DNA of 64,000 bases from Histomonas meleagridis 2922-C6/04-290x (lineage: Eukaryota > Protista > Parabasalia), in NCBI GenBank assembly GCA_020184695.1, contig JAANOX010000236.1, forward strand, positions 76,823 to 140,822. The letters run 5' to 3'. Of this stretch, positions 56,865-64,000 are shown in pieces. Numbering within the stretch: the first letter of the stretch is position 1; each line of letters begins with the position of its first letter. The position numbers and the translations under genes were made by a program. Under the pieces are notes generated by a model, which saw only the letters and a program-made list of their open reading frames with translations, was not told the origin of the DNA and did not search any database.

Positions 56865-58172
56865 ATGAACCTGTGGTTATTTCTGGTTCTTGCCATTGTA
56901 ATTTATTTTGTTTTACTCTACTTATTAAATCGCGATTTACCAACACCTCTGATGAATATAAAATTGAACGAAGATGAAACAACACTCGACTTTGGAAAAG
57001 ATTTTAAATTCGGTACATCAACTGCAGCTTGGCAAGTAGAAAAAGAAGTTGCTAAATCAAATTGGTCTCTTGGAGAAAGTACTTTCAAGCCCGGTACACA
57101 AATTCCAATAATTCCACCACATGAAGAAGGATGTAAAGCAATTGAAATGTTTGACAAAGATCTTGAAATAATGGTTTCCATGAATATGAAGCGCTATCGC
57201 TTCAGCGTTTCTTGGTCAGCACTTGAACCAGAAAAAGGAAAATACAATTCAGATTATCTTCAAAATTATGTTCAAATTTGTGATAAGCTTAGAGCAAAGG
57301 GCATTGAACCTATGGTAACACTTCTTCATTTTGAGCATCCTAAATGGCTTGAAGAAGAAGGTGGACTTCTTTCATCTAATTTTGTCACATATTTCAAGGA
57401 ATTCACCAACTTTGTCACACAAGCTCTTAAAGGCCATTGTTCGCTTTTCTTCACCGTCAACGAGCCATTTGTATTTTGTTTTAACAGTTATCTTATTGGC
57501 ATTTGGTATCCATTCCATAAAAGTCTTAAGGAACTCTTTTTAACTCTTTCGGTTCTAATGGAATGTCATGCCTCCGCCTATCATATTATCCACACCAATA
57601 TTCCAGATGCGCGTGTATCGTATGCCAAGAATGTTGTACCATTTTATCCCATGATGCGCTTCAACCTTTTCGAATCTCTCATTGCTAAGGTCGCCAATCT
57701 TTACAACGTACCAATAATGGAGTGCGTGAACACTGGCGTCTTGAAATTTGGACTGTTCGGAATAAACGTCTTCTCCAAGAAGATTGATGGGCTTAAGGAC
57801 TCACTCGATTTCATCTCAGTGAACCACTATTTCCCAGGCTGGGCGTCAACGTTACCACGTTATTGGGACAAATTTGTGTTTCCGCCACCACTTTCATCGC
57901 GCGTTGATAAATATTTACGTTCCGATTTCAAGTGGCCAATAGTAACGTCATCACTTGCGACAACATTACATTGGGTCAACAAACGATTTAACCCACGAAA
58001 TTTGCCGATTATTGTGTCCGAACATGGAATAGCAGATCGTACAGATGAGAAAAGGCCGAGATATCTATTGGACTCATTGTCATATTTGAAGTATATTATC
58101 GAAAAAGAAAATGTTCCAGTTGTTGGTTATATGCATTGGTCTTTGATGGATAATTATGAATGGGCTGAAGGT
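56865..58172 (+). CDS. GH1 beta-glucosidase, 3'-truncated and joined in frame to phage gene A
   Basis: FGTSTAAWQVE, YRFSVSW, TLLHF, TVNEP (acid/base), IVSEHG (nucleophile), WSLMDNYEWAEG. The expected GY..RFG continuation is absent. Confidence 0.9.
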
Positions 58173-59138
58173 ATTGCTCACCAAAAAGGCTGGTTCTTCG
58201 TATTTGATACGTTGACCCTTGCTGATGATCGTTTGCAGGCTTTTAATGAAAACCCCAATGCTCTTCGTGATTATTTCAGGACTGTTGGTCGAGCTGTTCT
58301 GCGCGCTGAAGGTCGTTCGGTTAAGGATTCCTACAACGACTGCTATCGCTATCTTTGTGTGCCGGAGTTTGGAGGTCAGCATGGCCGTCTTCATTGGCAT
58401 GTTGTGCATATGGTGCGGACTCTTCCTTTGGGAAGTCACGACCCTAATTTCGGTCGCAAGGTACGTAATTATCGCCAGATTAACTCGTTCCGTGGCATGT
58501 GGCCTTATGGCTTCACGCAACCGATAGCCGTTCGCTATCAACATGACGCTTATTCTCGCAAAGGTTGGCTATGGCCTGTTGACAAATCAGGAAAAGCAAT
58601 GCAGAGTAAGCCTTATCAGGCGGTCGCATGGTATGTGACTAAGTATGTAGCTAAGCAATCTGACCAGCGTCAGAAAGCTATTACCGAGAGACAAAAGAAA
58701 TGCAAGAATCCATTAATGGCAATCTGTCTGAAGAAAGAATTTCGGGTACGCAGCAGTCGGAAGCTCGGAATGGAGCTCCCGTCAATGGCTCACCTGAGCA
58801 ACAAGGTACTTTTGGAACTGAGCCGAATCAGCTTCGATTCCAGCCCTCTGTATCAGATAGTGAAAGAGAACGCCAAAAAGCAATTGACCTTGAACATCGG
58901 CGCGCTGCCTTTGCACGTCATTTTGGATGTGCGCCCGGAAGTGAGAAGCATGTTGAAAGTTATTCGTCGTTTGATGAAAAAGACACCCGAGTTCAATTGG
59001 CAGAGTTCTATCGCTTCAATGACGGTCACTTTAAAAAATGGGGATATTTCTGATGAAGCACGTCAATACATTATTGATGCAGGAATTACGCCTACTGATT
59101 TGCGAGCTAAAGCGACTCAAACTTTCGGCGGTAAGTGA
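58173..59138 (+). CDS. A: Microvirus replication initiation protein A, C-terminal (A*-like) portion
   Basis: GWFFVFDTLTLADDRL, HUH motif GRLHWHVVH, catalytic YVTKY, C-terminal AGITPTDLR...GGK. Confidence 0.93.
   Translation: MAHQKGWFFVFDTLTLADDRLQAFNENPNALRDYFRTVGRAVLRAEGRSVKDSYNDCYRYLCVPEFGGQHGRLHWHVVHMVRTLPLGSHDPNFGRKVRNYRQINSFRGMWPYGFTQPIAVRYQHDAYSRKGWLWPVDKSGKAMQSKPYQAVAWYVTKYVAKQSDQRQKAITERQKKCKNPLMAICLKKEFRVRSSRKLGMELPSMAHLSNKVLLELSRISFDSSPLYQIVKENAKKQLTLNIGALPLHVILDVRPEVRSMLKVIRRLMKKTPEFNWQSSIASMTVTLKNGDISDEARQYIIDAGITPTDLRAKATQTFGGK
58700..59053 (+). CDS. B: Internal scaffolding protein B (overlaps A)
   Basis: C-terminal RRAAFARHFG...AEFYRFNDGHFKKWGYF. Confidence 0.9.
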   Translation: MQESINGNLSEERISGTQQSEARNGAPVNGSPEQQGTFGTEPNQLRFQPSVSDSERERQKAIDLEHRRAAFARHFGCAPGSEKHVESYSSFDEKDTRVQLAEFYRFNDGHFKKWGYF

Positions 59139-59214
59139 CCCGGATTTTTCCCAGGAGAAAATTCATGCTGAGCTCGACTCGCTATTACGCAAGTTATCGT
59201 GCCACTTTGACTAA
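59053..59214 (+). CDS. K: Protein K
   Basis: Hand translation MKHVNTLLMQELRLLICELKRLKL... (53 aa). The start overlaps the B stop (TGATG), as in Bullavirinae. Confidence 0.75.
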   Translation: MKHVNTLLMQELRLLICELKRLKLSAVSDPDFSQEKIHAELDSLLRKLSCHFD

Positions 59215-59371
59215 GCAGTTGATGTTTCTTACAAAAGCTGATTTTACCAATGATGATGAGAAATGGCTTAATGCCTTTGGTAACCTTCTCCGTCAATGGT
59301 TTCAGATTGAGGATTGGAAAGGCAATCATAAAAAATTGCTTGACGACTTGAAAAAACGTGATTATCTTTGA
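59165..59371 (+). CDS. C: Protein C
   Basis: 68 aa, DDEKWLN motif, AGGAG SD upstream. Confidence 0.88.
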   Translation: MLSSTRYYASYRATLTKQLMFLTKADFTNDDEKWLNAFGNLLRQWFQIEDWKGNHKKLLDDLKKRDYL

Positions 59372-59397
59372 CCCGAATCTTACATAAGGAATTACAT

Positions 59398-59850
59398 ATG
59401 AATATTGTTTCTGATGTTAATTATGCTACTTCTGTTGCTGCTCTTCGCATGTTACAGGCTAGTGCTGTTCTGGATATTACTGAGGAAGATTTTGACTTCC
59501 TGACTGGTGATAAGATTTGGATTGCTACCGATCGTAACCGTGCTCGTCGTTGTGTTGAGGCTTGTGTTTATGGAACGTTGGACTTTGTTGGATATCCTCG
59601 TTTTCCTGCTCCTGTTGAGTTTATTGCTGCCGTCATTGCTTATTATGTTCATCCCGTCAATGTACAGACAGCATGCCTCGTTATGGAAGGCGCGGAGTTT
59701 AGCGAAAACATTATTAATGGCGTCGAGCGTCCGGTTAATGCCGCTGAGCTCTTTGCGTACACCCTGCGTATTAAAGCAGGATTCAAAGAAACTGTAATGG
59801 ATGCCGAAGAAAATGCTCGTCAGAAGTTACGTGCTAATGGACTGAAATAA
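59398..59850 (+). CDS. D: External scaffolding protein D
   Basis: RARRCVEACVYGTLDFVGYPRFPAPVEFIAAVIAYYVHP; TAAGGA SD. Confidence 0.96.
   Translation: MNIVSDVNYATSVAALRMLQASAVLDITEEDFDFLTGDKIWIATDRNRARRCVEACVYGTLDFVGYPRFPAPVEFIAAVIAYYVHPVNVQTACLVMEGAEFSENIINGVERPVNAAELFAYTLRIKAGFKETVMDAEENARQKLRANGLK
59570..59797 (+). CDS. E: Lysis protein E (MraY inhibitor), nested in D
   Basis: MERWTLLDILVFLLLLSLLLPSLLIMFIPS, 75 aa. Confidence 0.93.
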   Translation: MERWTLLDILVFLLLLSLLLPSLLIMFIPSMYRQHASLWKARSLAKTLLMASSVRLMPLSSLRTPCVLKQDSKKL

Positions 59851-59851
59851 T

Positions 59852-59926
59852 ATGAAGAAAGCTCGTCGTTCTCCTTCTCGTAGAAAAGGTGCTCGCCTCT
59901 GGTATGTAGGCGGTTCTCAGTTTTAA
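59852..59926 (+). CDS. J: DNA-binding protein J (short alpha3-type)
   Basis: MKKARRSPSRRKGARLWYVGGSQF, 24 aa. Confidence 0.93.
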   Translation: MKKARRSPSRRKGARLWYVGGSQF

Positions 59927-59930
59927 TTAT

Positions 59931-59949
59931 GAGGGCTTCGGCCCTCTTT
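59931..59949 (+). terminator. J-F intergenic rho-independent terminator
   Basis: GAGGGC-TTCG-GCCCTC-TTT hairpin with UUCG loop. Confidence 0.8.
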
Positions 59950-59960
59950 AAGGATTTCGA

Positions 59961-60800
59961 ATGTCTAATGTACAAACATCTGCTGAACGTGAACTTGTTG
60001 ACCTGTCTCACCTTGCTTTTGATTGCGGCGTGATTGGCCGTCTTAAAACCGTTTCTTGGACTCCGGTTATTGCTGGTGATTCTTTTGAGATGGATGCTGT
60101 TGGTGCTCTTCGTCTTTCCCCTCTTCGTCGTGGTTTGGCGATTGACTCTAAGGTAGATTTCTTTACCTTCTATATCCCGCATCGTCATGTTTATGGTGAC
60201 CAGTGGATTGAGTTTATGCGTGATGGCGTTGATGCTACTCCGCTTCCTTCTGTTACATGTCGCCCTTTTGCTGACCATGCTGGTTATGTAGGCACTATTG
60301 TTCCTGCGAATAACCGCATTCCTAAGTTTTTGCATCAAGGTTATCTCAATATCTATAACAACTATTTTCGTGCTCCTTGGATGCCCGAGATTGTTGCTGA
60401 GAACCCTAGTAATATGAAATATGAGGATACTCGTTTTGGTATTCGTTGCTGCCACCTTAAGAGCATTTGGTCTGCTCCACTTCCTCCAGAAACTAAGCTG
60501 GTTGAAGAAATGGGTCTTGAAGGTAATTCCATTGATATCATGGGTTTGCAAGCCGCTTATGCGCAGCTTCACACTGAGCAAGAGCGTACTTACTTTATGC
60601 AGCGTTACCGTGATGTTATCTCCAGCTTTGGCGGTTCAACCTCCTATGATGCTGATAACCGACCGTTGCTTGTTATGCACACCGATTTTTGGGCTTCCGG
60701 TTACGATGTTGACGGTACCGACCAATCTTCCCTCGGACAGTTCAGTGGTCGAGTCCAACAGACGTTTAAGCACTCAGTGCCGCGATTCTTCGTGCCTGAG
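59961..60800 (+). CDS. F: Major capsid protein F, truncated after ...PRFFVPE by a fold-back
   Basis: MSNVQTSAERELVDLSHLAF..., LRLSPLRRGL, FFTFYIPHRHVYG. Residues after 60800 in the track ORF are read from the inverted copy. Confidence 0.95.
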
Positions 60801-62713
60801 TGCTTAAACGTCTGTTGGACTCGACCGCTGAGCTGTCCGGCTGGTCGGCCCACCGTCAACATCGTAACCGAAGCTTAAATGTGCTGGCAACGGTCGGTTA
60901 TCATCATGGGAAGGTAACGGGCGCGGCTGTTTGCTACATAAAGCTGCAGTACGCTCTTGCTCGGAATAGTAAGCGGCACCGCAAACCCTTGACCATCAAT
61001 GAATTCCTTCAAGGATTATTTCTTCAGCAATTTCTGGAGGAGGTGGGCAGACCCAGGCCGGCGGCAACGACAAAACCTCGCCTGTACTAGGGTTCTGCCT
61101 GTCTCGGGCAATCCCAGGAAGCAGTGGTTGTTAGATATTGAGGGCTGGCCTTGATACCACAGGAATACGGTTATTCACGAACAGCCTCAGCGTAGTCAGC
61201 TGTGACAACAGGTAGCATCAACATAAATGATCCCGCCGATCACCATAAGCTCCGATACCCGAGACATAGAAGGCGAAATCTACCTTAGAGTCGCCAAACC
61301 GAAGAGAAGACGAAGAGCACCAGCGTCAAGAATCACCGGCAACCAACCGGGTCCAGAGAGCTGGTTAAGGCGCGATAATCCTGCTGCGATCAAGCGGGTG
61401 AGAACGGGTCGGCAAGCCCGTTCGGCTCTTTGGCTGCGTGATTCGAGAAGAGGGCCGAGCCTACAACTGAGGAACCGCCGCCACCAAGAGGCGGCACCCT
61501 CGCGAGAAGAGGGCGGCGAGCTGCTTCATATTATTTCAGTCCGATGCTGCAGCAACTGACGGCATTTCTTCGGCATCCATGCAGTTTCTTTGAATCCTGC
61601 TGCGGGATGTACACGCAGGCTCGGCGGCCAACCGGGCGCTCGGCGCCGTAATATGTTTTCGCTAAACTTCCGCCCAGCTATAACGGGCATGCTGTCTGCC
61701 ATTAACGAGATAACTGTAGCCAATAATAATGACAGCAACAACAAACTCAGCAGGAGCAGGAAAACGGATATGCAAAGTCCAACGTTCCATAAACACAAGC
61801 TCAACACAACATTGTGATTGTCAGTAACAATCAAATCTTATCACCAGTCGAAGTCAAATCTTCAGTAATAACGGCTGCAACCTGCTGGCATGAAGAGCAG
61901 CTGGCAGAAGTGGCATAATTAACATCCTTCTGTCTTGGCTCATATGTAAGATTCGGGTCAGACCAATCACGTTTCTGAGTCGATCAAGCGAGGCACATGA
62001 TTACGCTGTCCTGTCTGAGCCGTGACAGAGGTACCAAGGCATTAAACCATTTCATCATCATCGTGGCAAATCAGCTTTGCTCAGAAACATCAACTGCTGA
62101 GTCAAGTGCACGACAACTTTGCGTAATAGCAGTCGAGCTCAGCATAATTTTCTCCTGGAAAAAATCGGGTGCTACTCGAAGTTTGAGTCAGCAGCTCGCA
62201 AATCGGCTGGGCAGCTGTTCATCAATAATGTATTGACGTGCTCATCGAAAGCCCCCGACCACAAAGTGACCGTCATTAACGATAGAGCTCTGCCAATTGA
62301 ACTCGGTGTCTTTTCGTCAGGCGACGAATAACTCGGCATGCTTCTCACTTCCGGAAGCGCACATCAAATGACGTGCAAAGCAGCGCCGTGTTCAGGTCAA
62401 TGCTGGCGTTACTCTCCTTATCTGGCCACAGGGGCTGGAGATCAGCGGTCAGTTACCTTTGTTGCTCAGGTGAGCCATTGACAGACTCCATTCCGAGCTT
62501 CCGACCTGCCATTCCTGGGTGCCTGTCGAGACAGATTGCCGATGAATGGATTCTTGCATTTCTTTGTCTCTCGGCCAACTTCTTTCTGACGCTGGTCAGG
62601 CTGCTAGCTATATAGTCTGTACCATGCGACCGCCTGATAGGCTTACTGCCATTGCTCCTGACGTCAGCGAATATGCTGCTAGAATAAGCGTCATGTTCAG
62701 CGAACGGCCTATG
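60796..62713 (-). repeat. Error-rich reverse complement of 58523-60777
   Basis: Starts ctgagtgcttaaacgtctgttggactcgacc (rc of 60747-60777). Recognisable rc of F start, terminator, J, D, C, K, B and A in order. 1918 nt versus 2255 nt in the source. Confidence 0.9.
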
Positions 62714-64000
62714 ACATGACGCTTATTCTCGCAAAGGTTGGCTATGGCCTGTTGACAAATCAGGAAAAGCAATGCAGAGTAAGCCTTATCAGGCGGTCGC
62801 ATGGTATGTGACTAAGTATGTAGCTAAGCAATCTGACCAGCGTCAGAAAGCTATTACCGAGAGACAAAAGAAATGCAAGAATCCATTAATGGCAATCTGT
62901 CTGAAGAAGGAATTTCGGGTACGCAGCAGTCGGAAGCTCGGAATGGAGCTCCCCGTCAATGGCTCACCACAGGCAATAGGTACTTTTGGAACTGAGCCGA
63001 ATCAGCTTCGATTCCAGCCCTCTGTATCAGATAGTGAAAGAGAACGCCAAAAAGCAATTGACCTTGAACATCGGCGCGCTGCCTTTGCACGTCATTTTGG
63101 ATGTGCGCCCGGAAGTGAGAAGCATGTTGAAAGTTATTGTCGTTTTCGAGTTCAGTGGCAGAGTTCTATCGCTTCAATGACGGTCACTTTAAAAAGTAAT
63201 TTCTGATGAAGCGTCAATACATTGTTGATGCAGGAATTACGCCTACTGATTTGCGAGCTAAAGCGACTCAAACTTTCGGCGGTAAGTGACCCGGATTTTT
63301 CCCAGGAGAAAATTCATGCTGAGCTCGACTCGCTATTACGCAAGTTATCGTGCCACTTTGACTAAGCAGTTGATGTTTCTTACAAAAGCTGATTTTACCA
63401 ATGATGATGAGAAATGGCTTAATGCCTTTGGTAACCTTCTCCGTCAATGGTTTCAGATTGAGGATTGGAAAGGCAATCATAAAAAATTGCTTGACGACTT
63501 GAAAAAACGTGATTATCTTTGACCCGAATCTTACATAAGGAATTACATATGAATATTGTTAATTATGCTACTTCTGTTGCTGCTCTTCGCATGTTACAGG
63601 CTAGTGCTGTTCTGGATATTACTGAGGAAGATTTTGACTTCCTGACTGGTGATAAGATTTGGATTGCTACCGATCGTAACCGTGCTCGTCGTTGTGTTGA
63701 GGCTTGTGTTTATGGAACGTTGGACTTTGTTGGATATCCTCGTTTTCCTGCTCCTGTTGAGTTTATTGCTGCCGTCATTGCTTATTATGTTCATCCCGTC
63801 AATGTACAGACAGCATGCCTCGTTATGGAAGGCGCGGAGTTTAGCGAAAACATTATTAATGGCGTCGAGCGTCCGGTTAATGCCGCTGAGCTCTTTGCGT
63901 ACACCCTGCGTATTAAAGCAGGATTCAAAGAAACTGTAATGGATGCCGAAGAAAATGCTCGTCAGAAGTTACGTGCTAATGGACTGAAATAATATGAAGA
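62714..64000 (+). repeat. Second forward copy of 58541-59858 (A' frameshifted, K, C 63316-63522, D 63549-63992, E 63712-63939, start of J)
   Basis: Near-identical to the first copy except for local indels (about 31 nt shorter). Confidence 0.95.

Larger units (their letters stand above)
58173..64000. mobile_element. alpha3-like microvirus (Bullavirinae, Alphatrevirus-like) sequence, partial, arranged forward/reverse/forward; probably a contaminant chimera
   Basis: Canonical gene order A-B-K-C-D-E-J-F with overlapping genes, Shine-Dalgarno sites and a terminator. Abrupt GC rise relative to the host part. Confidence 0.92.

Noticed and set aside
60800-62802. Novel GC-rich ORFs or an unknown second element
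   Set aside because: The whole stretch is explained as an error-rich reverse complement of 58523-60777.
58173-64000. A bona fide endogenous or prophage microvirus as the headline discovery
   Set aside because: Down-weighted rather than excluded. Bacterial expression signals are pristine, genes G and H and the 5' part of A are missing, and two fold-backs with microhomology or hairpin priming indicate an amplification chimera.

Overview
Bases 1-~58170 are gene-dense, very AT-rich, essentially intron-less eukaryotic DNA from a parabasalid (trichomonad). The assignment rests on a DUF3447-ankyrin gene, BspA- and Pmp-like surface proteins, a Trichomonas-type LDH and CCTTT (M5) initiators on two ribosomal-protein genes. 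Housekeeping genes include VPS53, DNA2, a ZIP transporter, RPL36, RPS15, a dynein intermediate chain, SWI5-like, a large USP, epsinR, CAPZB, ARPC4 and two tRNAs. The most unusual host feature is 3191-5868, downstream of the DUF3447 ORF. It holds 17 divergent but stop-free ankyrin coding cassettes (mostly 30 codons) spaced at an exact 170-nt period in 13 of 16 intervals. AT-rich spacers, usually 80 nt, separate them; these break the frame, often contain stops, lack GT-AG/parabasalid intron consensus, and carry a positionally fixed GG 23-22 nt before the next cassette. This suggests an uncharacterised processing route (non-canonical splicing, bypassing or DNA-level cassette use). From ~58173 to the end the sequence switches abruptly, in frame within a GH1 beta-glucosidase gene, to an alpha3-like microvirus (genes A-B-K-C-D-E-J-F'). 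It then folds back twice (forward / noisy reverse complement / forward), which most likely marks an amplification plus long-read chimera rather than a real endogenous phage.
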